IMG/VR virus record: IMGVR_UViG_3300028585_000025
Coordinates: 1-62,787 of that record
Strand: one strand, 5' to 3'
Source of the DNA: a virus
Taxonomy: Duplodnaviria; Caudoviricetes
DNA length: 62,787 bases
Part shown: positions 18,067 through 27,909 of the stretch, piece after piece
How positions within the stretch are numbered: the first letter of the stretch is position 1
Layout: every line of letters starts with the position of its first letter
Made by a program: the position numbers and the translations under genes
Notes under the pieces: generated by a model
What the model was told of the DNA's origin: nothing
Seen by the model: the letters and a program-made list of their open reading frames with translations, nothing else
The model's database searches: none

Positions 18067-18678
18067 ATGGCCAAGTCAGCCGCGTTGAAGAAAGCAACCA
18101 TCCCTGCTATTGTTGAATTCGCAATGGGTACCAATGTATTCGATTTCGCAGCAACGAAACCGAATGCCGTTATTCTGTTGGACAGCAACACCATCAGTAT
18201 TCAGTACACACCTGCGTTTCATCAGTTCAAACCAGAAGTCCAACAAGCATTGATGACTGCAGAAGCCACCGCACCTATTCTCAGTCTGCAACGTCCTCTG
18301 CTGGAAAACGGTAAAGTTGATACCGAAAGCAACAGCATGGTTATTGCTGCGCTCTCTGATAAAACTGAAGCGTATGACTCTAAGAAGCTTGGACATCTGC
18401 GTGAGTTTCCTGGCGGGTATTTCATCCATACGCATTATCACGCTAACCACGGTGCTGATTTCAGCTACGTTCGCTTTGAAGAGTCTCTGCGTAACTACTG
18501 CGAAATGGCGTACCTGATGGGTGCGAAAGATCGTCCGGTAATCATCAACTTACCTGGCCTGCAGTGTGATTGTGTTTACACCAAAGATCGCGCGGTCAGT
18601 CCAAAGCATATCGAACGTGTCAAAGAGATCATCGAAAACACCATGTTCGAAAACACCACTGTTTATCTGGTACTGTAA
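18067..18678 (+). CDS. possible divergent macro-domain-like protein
   Basis: N-terminal strand/DSN, KKLG, FSY..FEESL, I.LPGLQC, VKEIIE..VYLV order resembles Poa1p-type macro fold. Confidence 0.4.
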   Translation: MAKSAALKKATIPAIVEFAMGTNVFDFAATKPNAVILLDSNTISIQYTPAFHQFKPEVQQALMTAEATAPILSLQRPLLENGKVDTESNSMVIAALSDKTEAYDSKKLGHLREFPGGYFIHTHYHANHGADFSYVRFEESLRNYCEMAYLMGAKDRPVIINLPGLQCDCVYTKDRAVSPKHIERVKEIIENTMFENTTVYLVL

Positions 18679-18679
18679 C

Positions 18680-19123
18680 ATGGTCAGGCTTGATTCAACG
18701 ATCAGCTTTACTGGCGCCTTTGCGGTGTTACCATTTATCGAAAGCCTTGATGCTTACTATCCTGAGGTTAGCCATTGGTACATCAATACGGTAATCCCTG
18801 GTCTGTCACTCGGTACTGACAAACTGATCATCGCGCGTGATGGATTAAACATTGCAGGCGTTGCACTCGGTAAGATGGGTGATGAACCTAAACTGCGCTG
18901 TATTCGCGTGCATCCTGATTATCAGGGATCTGGGCTTGGTATTCGTCTGATCGATCAGATGTTAGAGTTGATCGAAGATGGTAAACCTGGGGTCACGGTA
19001 TCTGAAGAGATGTTGCATTTATACAGTCGGGCATTTGTGAATCGTTACGACTTTGAACTCAGTGACGTGACCAAAGGTCGGTACCGTCGCGGTAAACTCG
19101 AATACGCCTTCAACGGAGCGTGA
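18680..19123 (+). CDS. GNAT-family acetyltransferase
   Basis: IRVHPDYQGSGLGIRLI acetyl-CoA motif A; start ATG 18680. Confidence 0.85.
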   Translation: MVRLDSTISFTGAFAVLPFIESLDAYYPEVSHWYINTVIPGLSLGTDKLIIARDGLNIAGVALGKMGDEPKLRCIRVHPDYQGSGLGIRLIDQMLELIEDGKPGVTVSEEMLHLYSRAFVNRYDFELSDVTKGRYRRGKLEYAFNGA

Positions 19124-19124
19124 T

Positions 19125-19556
19125 ATGTCAGCCAATATTGAACCTTGTCCGCTCTGTGCATCAAAAGCCAATACGTTTAAGTTTGCGTTGGTATTTTGGG
19201 GCGTGAAGTGCAGTAGTTGTATGCTTGTGCTAAAAGATATGAACACGTCTGAGGCTGGAGCGATTAAGCAATGGGGTACGCGGATTTCACCGGAAGAGAA
19301 GAAGGCTGCTAAGAAAGGGAAGAAAACCAAAGCTAAGAGCAAAGGTGATTTCTTGTTCTACGTTGATGGTGAACTGATCTCTGTCTGGCCGTATGAAGAA
19401 CATATCCCTCATGAACTGAGCATTAAACATTCCCTGTTCATATCTGACACGATTACCGCAGAACATTCGGCACTGCACCGAGGTCGTAACACTACGGTTA
19501 CCTGGAATTGCAACGGTCATTGTAAGTTATTGTTTAAGTCAACTGAAAAGGAATGA
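19125..19556 (+). CDS. Lar-family (restriction alleviation)-like Zn-ribbon protein
   Basis: PCPLC...VKCSSC...EAGAIKQWGTR. Confidence 0.6.
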   Translation: MSANIEPCPLCASKANTFKFALVFWGVKCSSCMLVLKDMNTSEAGAIKQWGTRISPEEKKAAKKGKKTKAKSKGDFLFYVDGELISVWPYEEHIPHELSIKHSLFISDTITAEHSALHRGRNTTVTWNCNGHCKLLFKSTEKE

Positions 19557-19873
19557 TCATGTTGAAGAAAGTGTTATTGAGTCTGGTAGTCTGCACAGCA
19601 CTCTCTGGTTGTAATTCAGCAGAGTCCGACAATGTGCCCGTCAAATCTGTCGAAGGCAAGATCATCAGCAATGATGTCTGTCAGGTAGGTCGTAAGTGTG
19701 AAGCGGTTATTGCACGTGACGGTGAGGCCTGGACATACCAGCTGGTTGAAGGACCTTTTAAGAAAGGTGATAAAGTCTTTAAGGCCTGTGCGTACTATCC
19801 TAATCGTGAACGCTGCTCGACCGTTTGGTCATCGATACCTGACCAGTTTATCCCGCCTGAATCAAAGAAATAA
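19553..19873 (+). CDS. Cys-rich lipoprotein
   Basis: MLKK-hydrophobic-ALSGC lipobox. Confidence 0.75.
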   Translation: MIMLKKVLLSLVVCTALSGCNSAESDNVPVKSVEGKIISNDVCQVGRKCEAVIARDGEAWTYQLVEGPFKKGDKVFKACAYYPNRERCSTVWSSIPDQFIPPESKK

Positions 19874-19939
19874 TTAACAGTCCGGCATGGGATGACCCGT
19901 GCCGTTTAATCCAATTAAATAAATGTAAGGTTACCTGCC

Positions 19940-21328
19940 ATGAAATCCCACATCAAAGATACTACTATCGACACCTCTACTCAGTTCAGTGATGAATTGG
20001 CTGAACTTATCGAAACTTATGTTGCTGACCGTTTCACCGTTATGGATGATTCAGTTATTGAAGCACTTTATGTCGACTTACCCGATATCGCTTACCTGAA
20101 AGGGATGGTCAAAGGACTGCGTCGTAACCTGGTTCGTCAAGCCGCTATCGATGTTGACATCGAGGACGCGTATCCAAAGATTAAAGCAGGATCAATGGCA
20201 GCAGCATTAGAGCAGGCGAAGCTGCAAATGCTTAATGTCGAAGACCAGTACCCAAAAGTAGAAACAATTGATAATAAATCACTGACCGTTGAAAAGGTAA
20301 CGGAGATTCTAGGTAAAGACAACCCAGATAAATCACCTGAACAAATAAATGCAGAAGCGATAGAAGTGGTTACCGCGGCTAAGCAACAAAACGATACTCC
20401 ATTGTCAACACCAGAGCTCATGGTTCTGATGTCAGGGATGTCCTTCAGTAAACCTCGGCTTCATGAGAAGAGTCACGAGGACGAGTGGGAAGATGACAGT
20501 GTTCAACCAGCACATTTATTAGAACAGGATCCAACTGCAACGCATCGTGTACCTACGACACGTGAATTCCTGGAACCTCACCTCAGTCGTGTTACCCAGA
20601 ACACGCCGTATCGCAATCCTGATTGGCGCCGTACAGGTCTGACTGAAAAGGATCTGCGTCCGTTGATGGTTACAGACGAAGATATGCGACCACCAGTGGA
20701 GGCCGAGGCTAAGTTCGAATCTCAGGTTAATACAAACAAAGCTCCGCAGATTGATCGTGACTTTCGCAGTAACCTGGCTCGCTATGGTATCGCTCAGGCA
20801 ACGCTTGCGGATATTACCAGTAATGCACGTCCAGGCGGTATGTTCTCAGCAGATACATTGAAACACTCCAAGAACAAAGATCTGCTTTTAGTGCGTTCTC
20901 CCGTAACACGTCCTCGTCAACATCTTCAGTTATTGGAAAGTACTGATCCGCAGTATTACCAGTATATGTGGATGGCGTTCGAAGAAGCACTGTCAATCAT
21001 TCTGGCGGATACCACACTGCCTGATAACCAAGCACGTCGTTTAGATGACGAGCTGTTGATTGAACGGTTTGCTGTTGATACTGCATCTGCAGCACAGGTC
21101 CTGACGGCAATTGGCAATCGCGACTTACTGCATGTTGAAAACGTCAATACCTGTATTCGTCTGCTGACCGATAAATTTGCCGGTGTGAAACTCTACACGG
21201 GTGACAAGGTCATGGTTGATGGTGTGTGGGCTAAGACCTGGACACATACTACGTTAAGAACACCGAAAGGTCGTTTTGTATTCGGTGATGAAGGAGAAAA
21301 CATCGTATGGCAAACTCCGGCGAATTGA
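19940..21328 (+). CDS. hypothetical protein with C-terminal TPKG..FG domain
   Basis: 462 aa; ends LRTPKGRFVFG. Confidence 0.75.
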   Translation: MKSHIKDTTIDTSTQFSDELAELIETYVADRFTVMDDSVIEALYVDLPDIAYLKGMVKGLRRNLVRQAAIDVDIEDAYPKIKAGSMAAALEQAKLQMLNVEDQYPKVETIDNKSLTVEKVTEILGKDNPDKSPEQINAEAIEVVTAAKQQNDTPLSTPELMVLMSGMSFSKPRLHEKSHEDEWEDDSVQPAHLLEQDPTATHRVPTTREFLEPHLSRVTQNTPYRNPDWRRTGLTEKDLRPLMVTDEDMRPPVEAEAKFESQVNTNKAPQIDRDFRSNLARYGIAQATLADITSNARPGGMFSADTLKHSKNKDLLLVRSPVTRPRQHLQLLESTDPQYYQYMWMAFEEALSIILADTTLPDNQARRLDDELLIERFAVDTASAAQVLTAIGNRDLLHVENVNTCIRLLTDKFAGVKLYTGDKVMVDGVWAKTWTHTTLRTPKGRFVFGDEGENIVWQTPAN

Positions 21329-21330
21329 TT

Positions 21331-21630
21331 ATGTGGGATAAACTACTGCGGGCCCTGACACTGGTGGCTACGACGGATAAAATCCCAGATGACAAAAAAC
21401 GCTGTCTATCTGTACCACAGGTTCACAGTAATTTAAAGTCCTGTGTGCGTCGTGCTGTTACGCGCATCGATACTATCGTCAGCCAGCAGATCACGGACGA
21501 TGACACCTACGCTGAACTCGATCGCCTTATAAAGGAAACGGGATTAGCAGTGAAGGTAGTGCGGTTTCCAAACGGTAAGTTCAACCACGGCGAAATAGTC
21601 ACACCGAAAGGCTTTATTCTTTATGGTTAA
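21331..21630 (+). CDS. hypothetical protein, TPKG..YG paralog
   Basis: likely start ATG 21331; ends IVTPKGFILYG. Confidence 0.65.
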   Translation: MWDKLLRALTLVATTDKIPDDKKRCLSVPQVHSNLKSCVRRAVTRIDTIVSQQITDDDTYAELDRLIKETGLAVKVVRFPNGKFNHGEIVTPKGFILYG

Positions 21631-21916
21631 TGATCCAGCAGTACTTCGGGCGATGATGTACATTGACGAACTTGAGCATACGTTGGTTGTTCTACAACTT
21701 GCTAAAGCGAGTGCGGATTACGACAACCGGGTGTACGGGTTACCAGTGAAAGATACGACGGCGATGATCAAGCATTGTGCTCGCACACTTTATGTGAAAG
21801 CCAAGTTTGATCCAACGCGCGATCTATTACTGAAAGTGATGGCTGATCGTTCGCCCTTAAAAGTTGTAACCGATAAGCAAGATGAGTATTATCGTGTGAT
21901 TGGTAAAACGACATAA
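21623..21916 (+). CDS. hypothetical protein
   Basis: 97-aa overlapping ORF. Confidence 0.6.
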   Translation: MVNDPAVLRAMMYIDELEHTLVVLQLAKASADYDNRVYGLPVKDTTAMIKHCARTLYVKAKFDPTRDLLLKVMADRSPLKVVTDKQDEYYRVIGKTT

Positions 21917-21918
21917 GA

Positions 21919-21971
21919 CGGCATAGAGGAAGGCATCTGCCTTCCTCTAGCCTTTATGCCATCTTTTTTTT
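21919..21971. terminator. bidirectional hairpin flanked by CGGCATA / TATGCC
   Basis: cggcata-gaggaagg..ccttcctc-..tttatgcc + T run between convergent genes. Confidence 0.8.
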
Positions 21972-24126
21972 ACCAGTCTAATGCTTTGTTACTGCGCGGG
22001 ATCTCAACCGATACCGGAACATCATCACAGACGAGCTCTTGACTTTCCATATCGTCAAGCCAGGCTTCCATCGATGCGGATAAGAAGCGGTGATCTGTTT
22101 GCTCTGAATAGGAGAACAATGCTTTATAATACATATCGTCCGCAAACGCTTCCAGACCCACTGACTCGGCAATCTCGGTTACATCGATGGTCGAGCCGTA
22201 ACGATCAAGACCCATCAACTGATCAACCTGAGTCTTAGACCAGGCCATGATGTCTTCCGAACGGGTAGAGATGTTCGGTAGGTTTCCGGTGTCCAATACG
22301 AAGTTGTAAATATACACTTCATCAGTTTGACCGATGCGGTGCATACGCGACACGGCTTGTTCGTAATGGAAGAAACGGAAAGGCTTGTTGATCATTAGCC
22401 CGCAGTTGGCCTCAATCAATGGAACAGCTTCTGCCAGCGAGCGATACGTAGCGACACCAGGGTTAGCTTCTTCAGAGTTACGCAACCTCGCAACCATCTC
22501 AACCAGATCTTTGTTCGTATCACCGTAAACCACGATTGGTTGATATCCGAGCTTACGACAAATCGCTGCGGTTGCTTCGAGGGCGGGTACAAAGTCGGTG
22601 AAGATCAGGGTCTTCTTCTTGGCGTTGTCGATGTAAGTACCGAACGGAATCGCTTCAGCAAGCTCTACATGACACTGAGTGCGTTCTTTACCTAACACCC
22701 TACCAAGACACTCCCCTTTGATCTTAAGGTCCACATACTTGATTACAGAGCGCGCATCCTTGAATGGTTTGCGCATGGCATCAGGGATCGCAGGGATGAT
22801 CCGTTTGAGTTCGTAGTCATTGCAGTACTTACTGTAAGGACTCATCCACTCTGCTTGGAAACCTTGCTTGATGAACATCTGCACGTATTCGTTGTACTTC
22901 TTGAAGTCCTCTTTCTCAGCCGGAGTACGCAGGGTTTTCTCGAAGTAGTGCAGTGCATCATCATAGATCCGTTGGTAAGTCGCTTTGTTTTTGGTATAGA
23001 ACTCAAAGCGCTCTTTGATAAAGTCCATCATGATACGCTGGATGTTGTCCAGGGTATAATGCGCTCCGTTCTTGATCTGGATCTTCACCGTTGCTTCAAT
23101 CGGCTTGGTGTCCATGAAGCGAGACTTCGGTACAGAGAAACTTACGATACCCAGACGGTTTGCCAAGATGTCATTTGCCTTCGTCGCAGTCTTGCCCCAG
23201 ATCTTGCGCATTGCCAGTTCAACGGTGTCGTTGAAACCAGGAATCAATGAACGGAACAGTGGAATCGCTTCGGTACCCATTGCGGTCATTGCAGTACCGG
23301 ATGCCCACACGATGTCTTCAGACTTTGATTCAATGCAGAGATCAATAAAGGTCTGGGTACGAATAGACTCTTTAGTCTTCTGGTTAAGGTTGTGTGATTC
23401 ATCCAGGATGATACCCACGTTTGGCAAACGATGTTCTTTGACCAACGCCAGAACTTCATCTAAACGTTCGTAGTGTGCAACGATCCATTTAGTGCCTTTC
23501 ACGTAAGGCTTATCGTATTCGGCAACCCACACATCCTGAGGGGTAGTGAGCTCAGTGGTAATGGTTCTTTCCCATACGTCACGAGTGGCTTTCTTTGGCG
23601 CAATGACAATGACGTAATCTTTCTTACGACACAGCATCGTCATGATACCGCACAATGTTTTACCTGCACCTGGTGCGGCAGCCAGTAATGCACCACGCAG
23701 ACCGTAACGAGGTTTGGCGGAGTTATAATAGTTCAGCCAGTTACGTTGTTCCGGCAGAGGAGATTTCTTGACATACTTTAACTGGTTCAGATCGATGATG
23801 TCTTCAAACGGAGCATCGACATTTCGCAACCACGTGTTCTTCTTTAATAAGTCAATGATCTTGCCAAGACCTCGACGATCGGAATACGTCTTGTCATTAT
23901 CGTACAATGTTTGCAGGATATATTGCACTTCAATGGCAAAGAAACTGTGGAAAACAATCTTGCTTGCGGTGACTTCTTTAAAGATCCAACCGGCCACTTT
24001 AGAGGTCTTCCAGATCTTTTGAATATCGCGACTTACCAAAGGAGCATTAAAGCCGGTGATGGTAATGAGGTCATTCTTTTCTTCAACATTAATAAGGCCT
24101 AATGCCTTACGTAAATAATCAAACAT
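21970..24126 (-). CDS. SF2 (SNF2/DEAD-like) helicase
   Basis: APGAGKT Walker A, ILDESH, ASGT motif III, QAVSRMHRIGQ motif VI. Confidence 0.9.
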   Translation of the reverse strand: MFDYLRKALGLINVEEKNDLITITGFNAPLVSRDIQKIWKTSKVAGWIFKEVTASKIVFHSFFAIEVQYILQTLYDNDKTYSDRRGLGKIIDLLKKNTWLRNVDAPFEDIIDLNQLKYVKKSPLPEQRNWLNYYNSAKPRYGLRGALLAAAPGAGKTLCGIMTMLCRKKDYVIVIAPKKATRDVWERTITTELTTPQDVWVAEYDKPYVKGTKWIVAHYERLDEVLALVKEHRLPNVGIILDESHNLNQKTKESIRTQTFIDLCIESKSEDIVWASGTAMTAMGTEAIPLFRSLIPGFNDTVELAMRKIWGKTATKANDILANRLGIVSFSVPKSRFMDTKPIEATVKIQIKNGAHYTLDNIQRIMMDFIKERFEFYTKNKATYQRIYDDALHYFEKTLRTPAEKEDFKKYNEYVQMFIKQGFQAEWMSPYSKYCNDYELKRIIPAIPDAMRKPFKDARSVIKYVDLKIKGECLGRVLGKERTQCHVELAEAIPFGTYIDNAKKKTLIFTDFVPALEATAAICRKLGYQPIVVYGDTNKDLVEMVARLRNSEEANPGVATYRSLAEAVPLIEANCGLMINKPFRFFHYEQAVSRMHRIGQTDEVYIYNFVLDTGNLPNISTRSEDIMAWSKTQVDQLMGLDRYGSTIDVTEIAESVGLEAFADDMYYKALFSYSEQTDHRFLSASMEAWLDDMESQELVCDDVPVSVEIPRSNKALDW

Positions 24127-24199
24127 AGCAAAGCCCCTCGGGAATGTTAAATCATACTAAACCGGCCTATAGAATAGCGATGTGGTTCTAATCTCAGTA

Positions 24200-24227
24200 T
24201 TTCTCATGCCTACATTACATAGGTGAT
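24200..24227 (+). promoter_or_regulatory. putative early promoter
   Basis: ttctCATGCCTACATTACatagGTGA. Confidence 0.75.
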
Positions 24228-24322
24228 ATGTGGTGCAACACAATGTACCATATTGAGTTGGGTATACTAAAACTTTATTCATTATAGAGTTTTATTACGC
24301 TAACAACATGAGGGGGGTCTGT

Positions 24323-24394
24323 ATGGATCGATTAGTTATCTTTATTTTAGTTATTGTCGCATTTGTAGTCGCTGCGGTGACCAATGTGACATAA
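24323..24394 (+). CDS. 23-aa single-pass membrane microprotein
   Basis: MDRLVIFILVIVAFVVAAVTNVT after GAGGGGG; first ORF behind the promoter motif. Confidence 0.55.
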   Translation: MDRLVIFILVIVAFVVAAVTNVT

Positions 24395-24407
24395 GAGGAG
24401 CAGGGGA

Positions 24408-24821
24408 ATGAACAGCCCTACAATGACTGTGCGATGTATGGTAGATGACATGCTGTCACACGCCAAAAACAATTACCCTGATGTAACGCAGCTAGCTATG
24501 AAGGTCGTCTATATTCAGAATGAGGACGCAAAGTACATTGTGAATATCACAACGGCAGCTGGAGTGGTACCATTCACTGATGAATGTCAGATGGATGTTA
24601 TGGGAGTTGTAGAAGCGGAAGTGGCAAAGATCACTACTCGCGAACGCAACAGACCCAATGTAGGCGAGGTTGATATCGCCAGCAATACCACGATTCAGCT
24701 GTATACAAAGTTTAGGCACATCTTTGGGCCTCGACCCATTATCACAGTGAAATTGGGTTATCTTGATCCACAAAACTCTAACGTAAACAGAGTGACAGTG
24801 GAATTAGACTACACTTACTAA
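24408..24821 (+). CDS. hypothetical protein
   Basis: GAGGAG RBS. Confidence 0.7.
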   Translation: MNSPTMTVRCMVDDMLSHAKNNYPDVTQLAMKVVYIQNEDAKYIVNITTAAGVVPFTDECQMDVMGVVEAEVAKITTRERNRPNVGEVDIASNTTIQLYTKFRHIFGPRPIITVKLGYLDPQNSNVNRVTVELDYTY

Positions 24822-24834
24822 GGGTTTGACAATA

Positions 24835-25410
24835 ATGTTAAACAAAATCATAAACGAAAATGTAGGACGTCTGGGGTTGAAGTCCTGGGAGAATTGTGAG
24901 GAATATCTTCTGCGGCTTACGCAGGGGATTAAACGTGACATCATGCGCGAAGTTAAGCAGTATGGTGGTAAGCTCACATTCCGGGTCGCGATTCGCAATA
25001 CTCTGGGTTACAGCAAAACCGACGGCGTCTTTCATGATGTCCAGGTTGTTGTGATCTGTCTGGCTACCAGCCGGGAATTGAAAGAAACCGTACGTCTGCC
25101 AGTGGGTGTTGCTAACCCACTAATTTCACTGCAGGGTACATTAAAGCACATTGCCATGCGTGCTAACCTGATACGCAACTACACTGCGCTTAGAAGCGGC
25201 GTAGATCAGTTACGTATCCAGCTCACTGAGCAACTTGACGACATGTTGAAAACACACCGCGCAGTTGTGTCGATTTATGCGAACACTGCAGGTCAGGCTG
25301 AAATCTCTGCCGAGTTTCTGCAAACCAGTGGCCCTACTATGGCAGCTCTGTTTGAGAAACTTGCCCAGCGTAATCCGTTGACCGGTCTGTCCGCTTCACC
25401 TTCTGTCTAA
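24835..25410 (+). CDS. hypothetical protein
   Basis: start moved to ATG 24835. Confidence 0.7.
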   Translation: MLNKIINENVGRLGLKSWENCEEYLLRLTQGIKRDIMREVKQYGGKLTFRVAIRNTLGYSKTDGVFHDVQVVVICLATSRELKETVRLPVGVANPLISLQGTLKHIAMRANLIRNYTALRSGVDQLRIQLTEQLDDMLKTHRAVVSIYANTAGQAEISAEFLQTSGPTMAALFEKLAQRNPLTGLSASPSV

Positions 25411-25459
25411 GCACGTTTAATCAGTTAGGCGGGAGCGTTTAGCCCGCCTAACTTTATGG

Positions 25460-25963
25460 GTGTCTTATATGAGCTTAGCAGATTATCTTTCATTACCGAA
25501 TATGCTCTCGGGCGTGTTCATTGCTGTCTGCACGTGGTTGCTTGTTGTGAAATTAACTAACCAGTCGAAACAACGCGCCATCAATCAAGTTGGGCATAAG
25601 CTCGTGATTGATATTGAGAATCTTTGTCGGGAGCTCGCAAGTCCTTCTGACCACAGGCGTTATGTGAAGACGGATCTTCCACCAGAAGCAGATCTTGATA
25701 ACTTTCTGCGAAAGCACATTGAAACGTATATCAAACTGCGTGTAAGTAAATACATAACCGAAGCTTATTATAACGATTCAACCATCGGTATAATCCGATC
25801 AAAAGTCAAGGTGACCAAGATCGTTATTCCACGAATGGGCGATGGCATTCAGATTAGTTTTAAACTAGGGTTCGGATTCTTCTCCGATTACACCACCTAT
25901 TTTAAACCATCTCCGTTTGCGCACGCATCCTGGTTTTTCCAACAAGAAGTTTTATCAAAGTAA
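25460..25963 (+). CDS. membrane-anchored hypothetical protein
   Basis: N-terminal TM helix MLSGVFIAVCTWLLVV. Confidence 0.65.
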   Translation: MSYMSLADYLSLPNMLSGVFIAVCTWLLVVKLTNQSKQRAINQVGHKLVIDIENLCRELASPSDHRRYVKTDLPPEADLDNFLRKHIETYIKLRVSKYITEAYYNDSTIGIIRSKVKVTKIVIPRMGDGIQISFKLGFGFFSDYTTYFKPSPFAHASWFFQQEVLSK

Positions 25964-25977
25964 GAGGAATAAGTTCC

Positions 25978-27288
25978 ATGTCTAAGAACGCAGCCAAGAA
26001 ACCAAAATTGAAGAAACAACATCAGCAGGCCGTTGCACAGCAGATGCAACAGACCAACGCTGAGTTGCAGTGGGCGGAGCATAACTTCAAAGCGATTGAT
26101 AACTACTTTGTCAATCGTGTTAACAACGACGTGTATCGTCGCTATAAAGGAAGTGATAACTTCCCTAAACATTTTGGCGCACGCGTTGAGATCAATGAGC
26201 GTAACGGTCGTTACGACATTCTGGAATTTGAAACGCACAACGAAAGCGGACCACTGCTGTCAGATGGCACACAAGCTGAAGGCGTCTATCGTCTGGGTTA
26301 TGTCACCTTCGATCGTCTGAAACGTGTCCATGAAGATGCGCATCAGAACGGTCGTCAAACTGACATCGGCTGGGCCTACATTCCACACGTGGCATTTGAT
26401 TACAACCCTGACCGTGCAATTGCTGCACAGAAAGCGCAAGTGCAACTGGAAGCTAAAGTCCATGCTCACCTGAGTCGTGCACTGGCGGTGTATCATGTTA
26501 CCCGTGATGAACTCAAAGCGGAATGGAACAGTGAAAACGCCGACGGTAAATATGTCGGTATCTGTTTCTTCTATAACCCGGAAACCGCTAAGCTCGAATA
26601 CGTAGTGCAAAAGCATGGCGTGACCGATCTGATTGATGGTAAGAACTCAGAGCGTGATTTCCGTGATCTGCCATGTGATGCAGCAATTGTTGAACCGCTG
26701 GCAATTGAAGGTGATACTGATTTCATTAACTACAAATCATGCATCCAGCGTCTGGTCGCTGAAACCTCCGAAGCTAAATGGGAGCGTATCAGTAAACCAA
26801 ACAAAGACCGCATGACCGAAGCTGCAGCGCAGTTGGTTGATCGCATGATTGATAACGCCCATAAAGTGTTTGATATCGCCAAAGAGAAAGCAGTGGTTCA
26901 AGGCATCACTGCCGAACTGTCAATGCGCTTCAATGGTCTGCGTGGCCTGTTGGAAGTTGTCTATACCGATGATCAGGGTAACCTGGCTCACATCGACCTG
27001 GGTGCGGATGCAGCAGCCGTGCTGATGATCATGACACGTATCGAACCAGACCTGGCTGTGTACACCACGCCACGTTTCAACGATGCTTGTGTTCGTGAGT
27101 TCGGCAATGGCGATCAGTTCGTACGTACGGAAGATGGTAAGATCATTGCCACTAACGTCACCCCAGTTCAGCACGAACGTGGTAACATGCCGGTGTTTCA
27201 GGTAATCGACGAACTCGCATATGTTGATGCGGATGAAGCGAAGAACGACGAACCAGCGGCTGATGAAACCTACGCGCTGAAAAGCTAA
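25978..27288 (+). CDS. hypothetical protein
   Basis: GAGGA RBS; 436 aa; basic/Gln-rich N-terminus. Confidence 0.8.
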   Translation: MSKNAAKKPKLKKQHQQAVAQQMQQTNAELQWAEHNFKAIDNYFVNRVNNDVYRRYKGSDNFPKHFGARVEINERNGRYDILEFETHNESGPLLSDGTQAEGVYRLGYVTFDRLKRVHEDAHQNGRQTDIGWAYIPHVAFDYNPDRAIAAQKAQVQLEAKVHAHLSRALAVYHVTRDELKAEWNSENADGKYVGICFFYNPETAKLEYVVQKHGVTDLIDGKNSERDFRDLPCDAAIVEPLAIEGDTDFINYKSCIQRLVAETSEAKWERISKPNKDRMTEAAAQLVDRMIDNAHKVFDIAKEKAVVQGITAELSMRFNGLRGLLEVVYTDDQGNLAHIDLGADAAAVLMIMTRIEPDLAVYTTPRFNDACVREFGNGDQFVRTEDGKIIATNVTPVQHERGNMPVFQVIDELAYVDADEAKNDEPAADETYALKS

Positions 27289-27311
27289 GTATTGTTGTAA
27301 GTTGTAGTAAA

Positions 27312-27340
27312 AGGAGGGGTTTCGGCCCCTCCTCTTTCTA
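27312..27340 (+). terminator. intrinsic terminator
   Basis: aggagggg-tttcgg-cccctcct then ctttct. Confidence 0.75.
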
Positions 27341-27369
27341 ATTGGTTGTTTATTTTTTGTAAAAATTGT

Positions 27370-27405
27370 AATGCAGATTTTTTCAGACCTATATGACACA
27401 GGTGA
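27370..27405 (+). promoter_or_regulatory. putative early promoter (TATATGAC variant)
   Basis: aATGCAGA-n6-CAGACCTATATGACacagGTGA. Confidence 0.7.
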
Positions 27406-27461
27406 ATAGATCCACTAGTCCTAGTGATCTAAACTTTAATCTAACCTGTGGGGTAATAAAA

Positions 27462-27899
27462 ATGAAACTGTCTAAACTGCGTTATGTGCTTTCTAAAGAC
27501 TTCATCAAACTTTGTGCTGACAACATCGAAGCGATGGGTATGGCGACTGTGATCCGTATGGCTGAGCGTCGCTTCATCTTCGCTAACCCAAAAGCTGATG
27601 AAATCGAAATCAACGAATCTGACGTGCTGCGTGCACTGAGCATTGCCAAAAACAAAGATGCTCGTTATGACCGTATTGCTAACCTGTACTCTTGGTTAAG
27701 CAACAATCTGAAAGGTGCTCGCACTTCCGCTTCCCTCAGCCGTGAAGTTGTGAAAAGCCTGTGGACCAGCTATCGTGGTTATGTTACTGCGAACGCACTG
27801 GAAGAACTGTGGGTCGTGACCAAAGTCTACGATAGCAATACCGAAGTTGAAGTTGAATTCGGTGCAGTTGTCGCTCTGATCGCCAACAGTGAAGTATAA
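27462..27899 (+). CDS. hypothetical early protein
   Basis: start ATG 27462 after GGGGT; strongly biased codons. Confidence 0.75.
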   Translation: MKLSKLRYVLSKDFIKLCADNIEAMGMATVIRMAERRFIFANPKADEIEINESDVLRALSIAKNKDARYDRIANLYSWLSNNLKGARTSASLSREVVKSLWTSYRGYVTANALEELWVVTKVYDSNTEVEVEFGAVVALIANSEV

Positions 27900-27909
27900 G
27901 GAGCACATT

